Positions 28,029-41,033 of a DNA stretch of 64,000 nt are shown one piece after another. The stretch is from Phoronis australis (Eukaryota > Animalia > Phoronida), in assembly GCA_002633005.1 (NCBI GenBank), contig NMRA01000209.1, forward strand, positions 62,001 through 126,000. Direction: 5' to 3'. Made by a program: the position numbers and the translations under genes. The notes beneath the pieces were generated by a model. That model did not search any database. It worked only from the letters and a program-made list of their open reading frames with translations, and was not told where the DNA came from. Numbering within the stretch: the stretch's first letter is position 1; every line of letters starts with the position of its first letter.

Positions 28029-29559
28029 CATTTAAACTGATGGGTAAAGTAGATGATTTAGTAAAATCGCTCATACCAAAACATCGTGCTTGAAAACATA
28101 GCTGTTAATCAATCGCTCGTCATATGTGTCGATCACGTCACAATTCCTTGACAGCACTCTGGGCGTGGCCTTGTCAAGGCAAACATTCACCTGTCAAGGT
28201 AACTGCTTCATTTATTATCACCGATTCGAAATTGTCAGCACATGGACGATGCTGACATTCCACTCTGTTATTCTGCGGATGCTGTTTTTTAAAGGCAATC
28301 GTTTGTTGATCTTAGGATCGCACAGTCAACAGGTTACTAAAACGTTCTGTTGACCGACATACAAGTATATGCCAGTAGCTCATACAAACTGTATGATTGT
28401 GTAATAATCGCCGCCAGACATGCCCGACGTTGCCGCGGAATACTAAATAACTTGGGCCAACGCTCTAATCTCTTAACTCAAAGCGGTTAATTTTCGAGGC
28501 CAGTTTCTGGTACAGAGTCTACTGCAGGTGTCGGTCAGATAGCTGGTGATAGTTCGGTCAGGTTGCGGCCGTCAGAGGGCGGTTTCAACAGGAACCTTAG
28601 TCCGAACCTTAGCGGTGGCACTCGACAGTTTTTGTTGAGTTTTTCATGCTCCAAAAGTCTGTTCCACAGGGTGTATACAACCCTAGTGACAATATGAACA
28701 GGATCCTGGGCAAAAGTCTTCAAAACCTTGCACAAAGTCTATTGAAACTGATCCCAAAGTAAATGGTCCATCTTTTAGTACTTCCGCAAGTGCAGCCGTC
28801 AACTTTTAAAACGAACCAAAAATACACCAAAGCAGCCGTTTCATGCAAAAGGCACAATTTGCACGCGAGCACCCAGTCAACTGACCTAACAGGTCCCATG
28901 CAATTCTTAAAGGCGCCAAATCAACCGTGGCTCAAAAAAACACGGAGAACCACAGACCCGCAGTAGCCGGCGTAGTCGCCCCTTGGGGTGGCTGCGAGTA
29001 AACGAGTTATTTGATTCATATGCATAGTTCTCACAATAACCAACAAGTTACATTTAATAAATATGCAAAATATGCATTGATTGGTAAAACAACCATAGAT
29101 CTTTCATTTGCTAATTAAACCATTCTGTAATGTACGCTGCTTTAGTATGTTGGTTAGCTTACCTACCTGGCGAAATTACGGTCTGGATCAAGCCATACGC
29201 GTTCAGTTGCTAGCTCCAATGTCAAGTTTTCCGGCATTAACGCCTGGAACTGTAGGAATGGAATGCCAATGCTCGCCATACGTTTCCCCACTTCGAAGAT
29301 GAGTCCACCACAAAGTCATGGTGCCTGCTGCTGATAAAGCGGGAGAATTGTAATCCCAGTCAGTGTCAAAAAGCTAAAATGTATTAGTGAACTTTAATTA
29401 AGCAAACAATGGCAGAGACTGACAGTGGAAACTTTCCTCTGCTGTTATATATGTATTCCTGAACCACAACGTGTTGTAATTGAATTTCTGGCACAAAATC
29501 TGAGTCGGGATTATTCGAAAAACACTTCCGTGCTCCCATTTCTCTATAGAAAGCGCCGA

Positions 29560-32059
29560 TAGTCGGTGGGCCAGATCTCATAGCGTTCATCCTTGTGAGT
29601 ACTTTGGGGGGGCAACCTAGTTTTTTCTATGTGGCTAGATAATATACCTATAAATCAAATTCCAAAAAGTTCCCACGTCTACACTTGCACATTTTTTTTA
29701 AAAAAGGTGTTTTTGTTGCACAAAATATGATGCACATTCCTGCCACTTGATGGCGCTTTTCTATTGAATTGACCAATCAGAGAGCCAGATTGTATTGTTG
29801 TGCTTAGTTACTTCGTGATATGGCTGCTCCCATGGAGTGTGATGCCTGTATAATTCAAAGTTTATCAAACAGCACAAAATTGTGATGTCAGCGCCTAAAG
29901 AAGCTTAGGAAAGCTTCCTGACGAAAGCTGATTGACTGTGCAACTCTGCAGATCAGTAGATCAAAAAGAAGAAGAGGTGTCATAAACGTTTGTGCAGAAA
30001 ACAGCTGCATGTCCTGGTAGCCTATATACACAGTATACTGCTGAGTGCTGTAGACTAGAAGACCAAGTGTCAGACCAAAAAATTGAAAGGCCATAGAACG
30101 GCATAGCAACGTTTCAAGGCACCAACAGTAGTACTAAAAAGCTGAAGTTGCTGAAAGTGATACAGACGTTATCCAAGATTTCCCAAGAAAATCAATTATA
30201 CTTCCAAAATCTGAAACACCCAATTAACCTGAACAAGATAGGAACATTCTGAAACATGAGTGCATCATTTGTTAGCAGGAAAAGTACATTATGGGCCACA
30301 TTTCAAGAACGAGACAGAAGTATGGCTTTCAAAAACAGGTACGTGTTTTTGAAAAATACATCTTGGTGTTTTCCATGTGTGTTTCAGTATTATCGCCAGT
30401 TGTTTTTTTAACTTGTTCAGCGTTCAGCCCCTTGGCTGCCTAGGCCTTAGACAATACTGCTGACCCAGTAGAGACGATGATCTTTCCATAGGTACTCCAT
30501 ATGCCGGATACTTTTCAGCAAATTATGTTCCTATAAGTTTAGAAGTACCGCGTAGAGAGATGCCTCTGAGGAGGTCGTTAATGTTTTCATTTGTTCCCAG
30601 TTTAAACAAATTTTTTGCAATCCAGTTTTTCGAACACTCCATTCACTTGCCACATCGACACTGCTTGCGCTAAGGGATAATCCTATGGCGTTATACTGTG
30701 GGTGTGATTTTAAAACACTTTAGGTAAAAAATTTTTGAGAAGGTTAAATGGAGTAGATGGTTGCAAACAACATGCCCAAGTGGCCGTCATCCCCTGCCTT
30801 AGTCCTGGGATAGGGGGAACCTCTTCTCAATTTTTTGTAAACATTAATTACTTAGGTAGCTGCAATGATAATTAAATTAAAGTGCCTAAGTGGCCATCGT
30901 CGCTGTCGAAATTTGAGGACGATGGAAGCCACTGTCCATTTCGTCAAACGCCGATTACCTTAAATGTAAATCAATTGACTATGGTTTGAGCATCTGATTT
31001 AAAAAAATTAAATTTCAATCACTGCACTGGTATATCAGCGGATTTATTTTCAGTTGCATCAACTGATCTAATTATTAGACGATCAGCATTATTAGGCTAC
31101 AGATCAGACGGCATGTAAATTTGTTAGGCTGGTGGTGGATCAGTTCCTGATAAGTCCGTCTGAAAAGTTGCATGCCAACTCACTCATAGTTGAATGTTAA
31201 ATTAGTGTTAACAGTTCGGGTTTTTTTCAGTTGGACTTGTATCGCAAGCAACAGCTCAGTCCAGAGCCCTGAATATGCAAATGAAATTCAAAGATAAAGA
31301 ATGTGTCTTAGAAGCCAAGTGCCACAGATCATCATGCTATAAAAAATAGAAAGACAACGATTGTGAAGAGTGACGAATTCACAGTTTTCAGAGATGTTTT
31401 TCTACAGTTTTGTTTGGAGTTCATTGAATCGAAGCTTCTAACACAAGGAGATGTCATTTGCCTTTCAAAACTAAAGCAAGACTTTGAAGCTGTTCTTCAG
31501 AAAGCTGGTGTGCATGGAGTTATTTGGACAGGCAATCTTAAGAAATATTGTTGAAGCTACTCACTGTTGTAGTTTGTGCCCGACTAAGAGATACGAAAGT
31601 GAATTGAGGCTAGTGTTCAATAATTCACTTGCTGACTCTAATTAACACAGCCCATTATAACATATNNNNNNNNNNNNNNNNNNNNNNNNNNNNNNNNNNN
31701 NNNNNNNNNNNNNNNNNNNNNNNNNNNNNNNNNNNNNNNNNNNNNNNNNNNNNNNNNNNNNNNNNNNNNNNNNNNNNNNNNNNNNNNNNNNNNNNNCTGA
31801 TGGGACCATATTACTTGTTTTACAAAAAAGTCACCAAAACTGTTGTTTTTACAAATATAAGTTTACTAAGCTCTTTGGTGATTATTAGGTAACTTCAAAC
31901 TCAAATTTCTCAAAAATGTGCAACTTTATATGTGGGAACTTTTTAGATTTTGAAAACACTCTAATAAATGAATTAAAAAACACCAAAATAAAATTGCCCC
32001 CCTAAAGTACTCACAAAAACCATTTTCTAGAGGCCCTACAAAATCTGGCCCACCGACTA
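29560..32059 (+). mobile_element. Decayed Academ-like DNA transposon
   Basis: 17-bp TIR TAGTCGGTGGGCCAGAT / ATCTGGCCCACCGACTA plus ~150 bp subterminal inverted similarity; flanks CGA/CTA (near-matching 3-bp TSD); broken coding remnants ECIIC, LEAKCHRSSCYK, FLQFCLEFIESKLL...LSKLKQDF. TAG..CTA ends with short TSDs are typical of Academ. Confidence 0.72.
31666..31796. other. Assembly gap (N run)
   Basis: Contiguous run of N. Confidence 1.
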
Positions 32060-32224
32060 CTAGCTATGGACAGTTGTTGGCCTTATTCACACCGCGGTCG
32101 TGTTTTAGTCAAAGTGAGGCTTTCTGCGATAGACTAAGTGGTAATGGAGGCAGCCGCAAAGGCAAGACGTCTGCTACGATAACTCGTGATTTAGCATTGC
32201 AGCGATTATTACACAAGGAAATAA

Positions 32225-32290
32225 GCACACACACGCACACGCACACACACACACACTCACACACACACACACTCACATGCACGCACACAT
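32225..32290. repeat. Imperfect (CA)n microsatellite
   Basis: CA run with CG/CT interruptions. Confidence 0.9.
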
Positions 32291-32422
32291 CAGCAACGAA
32301 GACATATTTATATGTACATATATATCAGCAATGAAGAAGATGCCAGGAAACATATCCTAGACAGATTTTAAGCTTTTGACGAACGGTGTGTGCATGACCT
32401 CGATGAACACTCCGCCGAGTAC

Positions 32423-33205
32423 GGATTGTTCTAAAACCGCCTCGACCTACAAGCCCCTCGACCCACGACCCACTCGACCCAATCTACACAAGCTAGACTC
32501 GATCTGAACATACATGTAGGACAAGAGCTAACTTGCGAATCGGGTCGTAAGCTCGGTTGACTTTTCACTGCTTTTTGAAATCAAGAGAGTCGATTAGGGA
32601 CTTTGAAAGCCAAAAACAGCAAAAAAAAAACACGCTACGTTACAAATATCGTTCCTGGCAACGTGTAATGATCTCGTCTGCTCTTCAGTGAATGGCAGAC
32701 TCGAGCTTTCTTTGGTAGATGCGGGGAACCGACGAACATACAATTTGTTCAGTACAGTTTGAAACACAAACTGTTAACTAAAAAATATCAACGTTAAATG
32801 AAGTATATTGTAAACGAGTATACAGCAGAAAGAAAATAATAAATATGTGAAAATACCTGTACGTCTATTCACGATAACGTAATCTCTCCCTAAGTTTAGT
32901 AGAACAGGGCCATTGGTAGCCGCTCGTGGACTCCGTGGCCAAAAACACGGCCACAATTCGCTATTTCAGATCATGTTCTTACGCCATTTTTTATTTTTAA
33001 CCACCAGACTTGAGCCAGAGCAGATGCACGTGTAGGTAAGTCTAAGGAAAAGTCATTCAGCGATAAAATATGATTACGAAATGTGTAAAAAGCGCCGAAA
33101 AACGTTGGCACAGGTCGTGGGCCGAGGGGGTCGTAGGTCGAGAGGGTTTTACAGCAGGTCGAGAGTTTCGTGGGGTGTGGGAGTCGAGGGGTTTTAGAAA
33201 AATCC
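32423..33205. mobile_element. Mutator/MULE-type MITE
   Basis: TIR GGATTGTTCTAAAACC / GGTTTTAGAAAAATCC, subterminal CTCGACC / GGTCGAG repeats, 9-bp TSD GCCGAGTAC / TCCGAGTAC (8/9). Confidence 0.8.
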
Positions 33206-34375
33206 TCCGAGTACCGATTATTGACAGTAACCGGCTCTACGAACGCCATAATTATCTAGTCTTGTCGGGCGAACTCAGTTACCCTCTGACGCTTAGTCTT
33301 GTCATCAGAAAAGGCATTTCAGTCACGTATTTTCAACGGCGGTAGCCGAATTCAGGTTTCCAAGTAGGCTTACAAGTGATTTCCCCTATCGCAACACCGT
33401 CTTCCTTCTGAAGTGTAAGAAGACGACACTTTGCCAAGATTCTCCATGTAATATTTGTTTTAGCAGTTCGGTAAACAACACCAAATTGAGAAACTTTTCC
33501 TTGCATGATAGCAGAAAGCGGTTCATTTTTGACATGGCCACCTATCCGCCGGAATAAGGATTCTCGGTGTTGAGATTTAGCATCAATTAATAGACCGGGA
33601 TCCCAGAGCTTTTATGGGCATGAAAAGGTGACCAATTTTCTTTGGTGCCACGGTGCTCTGTGGGTATCCTAATGCTTGGAAATGGCCGTCTGGCAGGTTC
33701 GCTCTGGTGGGTGTGGTCAGGGGAAAATGACAGTCAAAAAATGAGCTAGATCAACTTTTCTGGTAACTACTTCAAACTGCCTTGGATACCTTCAACGTAA
33801 TCCACTGTATCAAAATTGGTCACTGCCAGACAATTTCAGTGGTGGGGAGTATCAGCCATACGGTTATAAACAAGGTAAAAATTTTGAGCTAGATCAATTC
33901 AAATTAAGAGGTAACCGCATGAAACCAGTTGCAAAATATTCGCCGTAAGCCCAGGTATCAAGAATAAATACTACCAGACAAATCTAGTGGTGGATTAGCC
34001 TCGCCAGACACGCCCAAATACCCGAGTTGAGCTAGATCAATCCATCAGGTAACCGTTTGAAACCAATCGTTCGATGTTCAGCATCACTGCTCGTGGCACA
34101 ACAGTAAGATGCCCCAATCAGACAAGTAAAGACTCTAAACAAAATTGATTATAAACCCATTCGCAATGAATAAGCATCACATTGAGGAATCAAACACTTC
34201 AATTTTTAATAAAGCCACTAAGTCCGTACGACATACATGTAGCTAGGTTACCACACAAGGTGAAAGATTTTTGTCCGTAAGTTTACGTCAGGGCATGAAA
34301 ACCAGAAATATCGCGCCTGATGTTGCAGCGACCTCACAAGTCCATGCGAAAACAGTGGAATACTACACATTATTC

Positions 34376-35305
34376 CAGTGGCGAATCTAGGATATCACAA
34401 GGGGGGCCCGACTTTTTTTCTGTAAGCATTTGAGCAAACCACGATTATAGATGCGCATAGCATCGAATGGTGGGAGGTCGGGAGGGGGGAATTTTTTCTG
34501 TTTTTTCCTCTAAAAATCAAGCATTTTCCTTGATTCCTGAAGTATTATCCAAGAAAAAAAGGAGAACGTGTCAAACAGGAAAAAATGGACATATCACAGA
34601 CTCGAACTCACGACCTGGCGGATACAGCTCGCGTGCTTAACCACTACACCACCAACATTTCACTTCCTACAAAGAGACCTACTTGTTTATGATCCACAGA
34701 GTTTGCAAACGAAACCTACTTCCAGGTTTTATATTTTGTGCTCTCGGTTCGTAACAAATTTGTTGTATTTAAAATAGTCTTCAAATGCCCAAAAGACCAA
34801 ATCCGTTTTTCGTGTTAGCAATAATGACGGCATTGCTTTTGGAATTATGAGTTTCTGAGTGATTTCACTAAGGCTTCGATTAAAATTCACATTTTACCAG
34901 CAGCTTCTGTTTTTTCATCGTCACTCAGGTTCCATTTTCTTTAAAAAATGAAGTAAATTTTCTTCATTGCACAGTGGAGCAGACGACGGAAATGGAGTCG
35001 TACATGTGGTGAGCAGCGCCACTGCCGGTCGCCTGGGATATCGCGGGAGAGCCTATACTGTTAGGCATAGTTCCGTTACGATTGCGCCGTGTTCCAAATT
35101 TGACACTTGAAATTGGATCTGAGCATCCCCCTCCCCAAACACTAAAACTGCACACATTTAAATCTTGCTTCATCCGTATAATTTTAATTACCTGGGTTAA
35201 TTAATAAACTCAACATTTCCCTACGCTCTTGCTGTTTTATTTTTTGCGGCAGCCAAGGGGAGGGAGGTGGGGGCGGGCCTCCTGCCCCCCTTAAATCCGC
35301 CTATA
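34376..35305. mobile_element. Non-autonomous hAT-like element with 5-bp TSD (TATTC)
   Basis: Ends CAGTGGCGAATCTAG / TTAAATCCGCCTATA, flanked by TATTC on both sides. Confidence 0.7.
34580..34655 (-). pseudogene. tRNA-derived sequence (tRNA pseudogene or SINE head)
   Basis: Minus strand reads GGTGGTGTAGTGGTTAAGCACGCGAGCTGTATCCGCCAGGTCGTGAGTTCGAGTC: A box, B box, then TTTTTT. Acceptor and T stems do not pair well. Confidence 0.6.
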
Positions 35306-36831
35306 TATTCACTATTACAAAACAAAACTTAAAAACCTGTCCGAGACGGATAGCACATTGTGTTTGCACGAATTTCGATTTTTCGTTGTCCTATTTTACC
35401 CGGCAGTCTAAGCTACATGTACGTCCCTCTGTTTTCGGACGAGTCATTTGATACAACTTCTAAAACTAATAGTAATCGAAATGCCGTCTTTTGCTGTCGT
35501 CTGCGTTATGTATGTGCGCCAACTACCTTCATTTCACACAGTGATTAATGGCAAATTTGTCAAAACTGATCAGTTGCGTCAAGAACAATGACGTCAGTGG
35601 CTATATCAATATTTTCCCGACTATGCCCTGAACCACCCAAACTACGCCAGACGGGGAACATTGTTTTACCAAAAGTTGAAATTCGCAGACCCAATATTAG
35701 GCGAAGGGCAGGTAACCGGGGGTTCTCAGTGCTACGTACGAGGAAGAACTTTAGTAGATCGGCTGTTGACCTCTCTTTGGAACAGTCTATATCATTTATG
35801 GGTGTTCTCCAAAAAGGCTGAAAACACCTCTGCGGCACCTGATATTGAGTACGTACGGTCGTGTTAGATTTCGTGGAAACTATCAAAGCTGTAACGTAGA
35901 TAAAACATTCCGTTCATGTTGTGAACATGTTATTCACTATTCGTGGGTATAAAGAGTCCTCATAGTTTTTCAGTTTAGTTAGATTGACTATTATTTCATT
36001 TGCACGACACAGACATGCAACCAATGGAACTGTTCTCTTGTTGTCTTCATAGTGATTATAAAACACGTTTGAATTAATTATTCACAGTTAGTAATAATTT
36101 TGAATTTGCCTCTGATTCAAAGCGCTTCACGTGTCATCGGGTCGAACTCGGCAAACTTCGCCCGAGTGCCGCTGTTAGTGTAGATGACAGGATCGTGCAT
36201 ATGATAATAGGAGGCACTATGTTATTCATAAACCACGTGGTGGCTACATCACAAGTGAGTCCAGATGTGAATGTCCATACCTAAGCACAAAAGTCTAGCC
36301 CTATACTTCAGTAAGCTACATGTTTTGCATATAGCAGTGAGAGAGCTCCCAAAAAATAGTGCGGTGTGAATGCCTTAAACTCGGCCAAGAAACAAAACAT
36401 CAGAAAACTGAGATTTGTTATTGTGCTATTTTGGTTTTAATTGTAAGCATAGTACGGTAGAGGTGTAGACATTTTCAAATTTTGAATTGAAAGTAATCGT
36501 CAAAAATCCAAATATGTTTTTCATGCAGTGTCCACTTTGATTTTGGATTGGTGGATTGACATGCATGCCTATACACGTTTGAACGTTTTTGTTCTTTTAA
36601 ATTCGGCAAGTTCACTATAGGCAGTCCTCCGTCGTGCTAAAAAACCAGACATTCAACTACCTCGTTTTTTTGCACTGAGAATACATAGTTCAGCATTTTC
36701 GCGTTATGATGGAAAAGTAGACGTAGACCTCAACTTTGGTCAATGAAAATCTTCTCTAGTCAATCGATGTCAATGGTGCACAACCCTGCAGACTTCATAC
36801 GATCTACAAACTTAACGGAAAAGATTTCTAA

Positions 36832-37954
36832 GGTTCCATGTCACTATGACGAAGGTTCAATACTCCGAATGTCCAGTACTCCGAATGCTCAATAATCCGA
36901 AGGTTCGTTATCTTCTAAAATTCACTACTTTGAATTCCACTATTCCAAAACCATGGCCCGGTCTCTAATCATTGTGCTCGAAACGAATTTCTCTGCTTCT
37001 TTTGTGCTAACTCTAGAAAAGTGGTTATCAGACTGTTCTCGAATAATTATAGTCAATGCATATGAGTTTCTAGTCCAAGTTTGCACTTAAAAACCCTGAT
37101 ATTCGTGCTACAAACTCGAGTAAAAACTCAACATTTTGAGTTCAAACTCGAACTTTTAGCTTTAATAATGGATTTGTCAACTGCAAACTAGGACTAATAA
37201 ATCATCCACGTAAGTCATTACATACTCGAGCATAAGAGTAATAGACACTTATCTTGAGTTCGCTCAAAAGTGGAGTTAATTTTGGCAAACAAAATTTCGA
37301 GTTCCATTTCGAGTAAAAAGATTTGAGACTGGGCCCAGAACTCCGACAGTTCACTGCCGCGGTTGTGTGATCACGACTCATTCTCAAGCAGAGAAAACGT
37401 CTGGGGTACGGCTACGGCGACCAACGGCGGTTTCAAATTTAAGAAGACAAAATGGGACTCCCTGATTTCGTGAGATGTGGCAAGGACAGGGTGGCCTACT
37501 AACTTCATTTAGTTTCGACCTGGCCGTGTGCGTCGCGCTGCGATTCGATCTTGACATGGATTTGATGAATTGTGACATGGTTGATAATTCATCAGTATTC
37601 CTACTTCATATCGTTTTAAAATGCAAGTGTGTACTCATTTTAAGACATGCGGGCAATTTCGTATGCATATGGAATCTGACTACGATTTCTAGTTGTGCTG
37701 GCCAGCTACGGTGGTCACATGATATCCAAACCAAGTGTTTTAGTGCCCAAGTGTTGTTTTCGGTATAGGTGCATCTAATAACCGAAATATTGTTTATTTT
37801 TGCATGTAAAAGTTTAAAAATCCCATCTGAGCTTGAAAGTTTAGATATATTTTCGGAGCGGTGAATTTATGGAGTGGTGAATCGTCGAACTAGTGAGACC
37901 TTCGGACTAGTGAACCTTACGAGTAGTAAACCTTCGAAATAGTGGGATGTTCCC
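36832..37954. mobile_element. Degenerate foldback/MULE-like MITE with ~15-bp periodic TIR subrepeats
   Basis: Left units resembling TTCACTACTCCGAAGG (36840-36950) mirror right units resembling CCTTCGGACTAGTGAA (37853-37945). Confidence 0.6.
36955..37335. mobile_element. Harbinger/PIF-like MITE nested in the previous element
   Basis: TIR GGCCCGGTCTCTAATC / GATTTGAGACTGGGCC; flanks CAT / CAG. Confidence 0.6.
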
Positions 37955-40832
37955 ATTCCCAGCGATGTAGGCAACTTAAGTAACACGCTAAAATACAACC
38001 AGATATACAATTTTGTGAAGTCATTCGCAGACTAAACTTCATACACTGTATTTCCGTGTGTGTGTGCAATGAGGTGTAATCACTCATTTAAGCATGGCTG
38101 ATTTGAAACTTTGGCAGGAGATAATGCGAGAATGTTGTCTTCCCCCTAATTAAGCTGAATCAAAGACCTTACAGTGTCTACATTTGCAAAATACCAAAGG
38201 TAGACCGTTCTTGAAATTTGAACCACCCGCCCGCTCAATGTTGGCTACGGGCCTGGATACAAGAGGATGCTTTTGAGTAGAGAGATAAGGGGGTCTAATA
38301 AAAAGTCGCCCCTGCATCGGACTAAACCCCTGCATGGTACTGTCCCACCGCTAAAAATATCTGTAAAGTACCTTTTGTTGCATGCAGAATGTTGCTCAAC
38401 ATTATGCAAATGGTTTCAAAGGGTTACGTGGCGGGTAAATCTGGTCGAACTCAGATATTTGCGCGTGTGTGGCATTGCTAATCCACAATTAGACTCAGTG
38501 TTTATTTATGATACATGGGCTTACGTAGAATATTTTGCAACTGGTTCCGTGTGGTTACCTCTTGGGTTGATTTACGTTAAATTTTATCGCTTCTTTAGTC
38601 GTCTGGCAGGGACACCCCACAGCTGAAATTGTCTGGCATCTTACTGTTGTGCTATATGCAGTGATGCTGAGCATCGTGCAGTTGGTTTCAAACGGTCTCG
38701 TGGGTTGATCTAGCTCAACTAAGGTCTTTGGGCATGTCTGGCGGGTTTAACCCACCATTAGATTTGTCTGGCAGTGTTTATTCGTGATGCGTGGTGAATA
38801 TTTTGGAACTGGTTTTAAGCGGTTACCTCTTGGGTTGATCTAGCTCAATTTTTAACCCTTTTTGATAATTGTCTGGCAGGGGCACCCCACCACTGAACTT
38901 GTCTGGCATCTAACAGTTGTGCCATGCAGAGTGATGCTGAACATCGTGCAATTGGTTTCAAACGGTTACCTGATGGATTGATCTAGCTCATCTCGGGTAT
39001 TTGGGCGTGTCTGGCGGGGCTAATTCACCACTAGATTTGTCTGGCAGTGTTAATTCGTGATACCTGGACTCACGATGAATATTTTGCAACTGGTTTCACG
39101 CGGTTACCTCTTGGATTGATCTAGCTCAATTTTTTTACCTTGTTTGTAACCGTCTGGCTGATACTCCCCACCACTGAAATTGTCTGGCAGTGACCAATTT
39201 TGATACAGTGGATTGCGTAGGAGGTATCCAAGGCAGTTTGAAGTGGTTTCCAGAAAAGTTGATCTAGCTCAATTTTTGACTGTCATTCTCTTGGCTCTCC
39301 TGACTACACCCCGAGCGAACCTGCCAGATGGCCATTTCCAAGCATTAGGATACCCTCAGAGCACTGTTGCACCAAAGAAAATTGGTTACATTTTCGTGCC
39401 CAAAAATGCTTTGGGATCCCGGTCTAATAGTTGTGCGCATGACCAGAAGTAGTTGGCTAGGGGCGGGGGGGCAAGGAGGCCCGCCCCCGCTCCCCTATAC
39501 ATGTATGGCTGCCGCCAAAAATCATAAAACAGGAACACAGCAAGAGCGTGAGGAAATATTGAGTTTACAAATTAACCCTGGTAATGACGAAGCGGCCGAA
39601 TAAGCCGGGATTATATGTAGGAAGGGGCCCGCTTTTTTTGTTAGTCGTGCGGTTGCATTTCAGCAAGTAGGGTGCACAATCTCAGAAGTCCAAGCACTCC
39701 TACATAAACGTAACCATATAATGTACATGTAAACTAAAACTAATTTGACTGTGTGTCCAAATTCCGCAGGCAGAAGCACGAGGTTTACATGTGACAGCCT
39801 GTACACGACGCGCCATGCTTATTTTGCATGTGACCTTTCTGAATACGTAGACGGCAATGGTGGATAATGCCTACAACGAAACAGTTAAAAGCGTTGAGAA
39901 TAAAATCGCTGGTGTGATGAGTTACACAAAGGTAGGATAGTGCAGATAACCGGGGATCAATTATGAATAATGCCGTGGCCTCCATTGTGGATGCACCTTC
40001 ATTGCTTGAAATTGTGCGCCCTCAGGCAGATTTGGCCAACCCAACCGTCAGCCGTGAGCGGAATGCGTTTGTTGGGCTGTCACGAACATTTGTCGTTCAG
40101 AAATATGGGTACTCCTAACGCTACCATCCGCCCACTCGCCTCTTGGTAGATCTGACATAGTCGTTAAACTAACTCTGAGTTCAAACAGGGTTGAAATTCC
40201 TTACATTGCAAGAGTAGAATTTATTGGCATACATCTCACACTCGAATTACACGCCACATATTAACCCGCACATGTATAAATTACGATTTCGTGAAGAAAA
40301 GTATTATTCAGAAATGATACGGTGAATCGATAACTCCACGGCAATCTAGCCATTTACATGTTTCACCTAGCGGCTCCGATTGGCTGGCGTTCAGGTCACT
40401 ACTGATGAGACGGGTCAAAATGTGTGAGCATAACATGGCACACGTCTTATCGCAAAGTGGTAAAAAAGGCGAAATATAAACAAGTAAGACGGTTTATGAT
40501 GTCGGTTGTAACTACATGTACGCACATACTTAACGAAAATTGGTTTGGTTAGTACTAGCACACCCGACAAGTGGGTTATTTGCCTCCATGCTGTAAAATT
40601 CATCTGATTTATGTCCATTTCAAAGAAGGTGAGAAAAGAATTCGATGGCCTTTCAGCTCTGTATGAGCTGATGGATTGGCTAGATGTGTCAAGGACTCTT
40701 CAGTACTCACTGGCACTGACAGCATAGCAAATGTGATTGAGTTTCAGTCAACGTGACAGGGTAACTCCTGGACGTAACTCCTCTCTAAAATTGGTGGATT
40801 AAACTGCAAAGTTGTGAGAATCCACTGCAGTG

Positions 40833-41033
40833 CATGCGCGCACCCAGCCTTCAATGTGGGGGGTTCCGAATTTCGAATGTGGGATACTACCTTCAAAACT
40901 GTAAGTCTGCGTCTTTTTAGTGGACTTTTGTCTCGTTTCTCGGAGTTTTTGTTTCTCTGAGGCGGACCTTTTTGCCCACTTCGCCAAATTGGGGTCTCAT
41001 TCGAGCCCCCCCGAACCACCCTGGGTGCCGCAT
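40833..41033. mobile_element. MITE with 5-bp TSD (CAGTG)
   Basis: CATGCGCGCACCCAG...CTGGGTGCCGCAT ends, G-run/C-run subtermini, CAGTG on both flanks. Confidence 0.65.

Larger units (their letters stand above)
33591..39426. mobile_element. Academ-like element (or inverted pair of fragments) with ~500 bp inverted arms built of ~135-140 bp subrepeats
   Basis: 33591-34090 is the reverse complement of ~38930-39426; termini TAGACCGGGATCCC / GGGATCCCGGTCTA; core TTGATCTAGCTCA at 38705, 38835, 38978, 39116, 39259 and inverted at 33742, 33885, 34028. No transposase ORF and no clear TSD. Confidence 0.75.

Noticed and set aside
30410-30710. Possible 3' remnant of a non-LTR retrotransposon on the minus strand inside the Academ-like element
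   Set aside because: Only a short A-tail and vague peptide resemblance; too degraded to call by eye.
38560-39275. Regularly spaced TTGATCTAGCTCAA cores resembling CRISPR repeats or integron attC sites
   Set aside because: Intervening sequences are homologous to each other, the array is mirrored at 33.6-34.1 kb, the context is eukaryotic and there is no cas or integrase gene.
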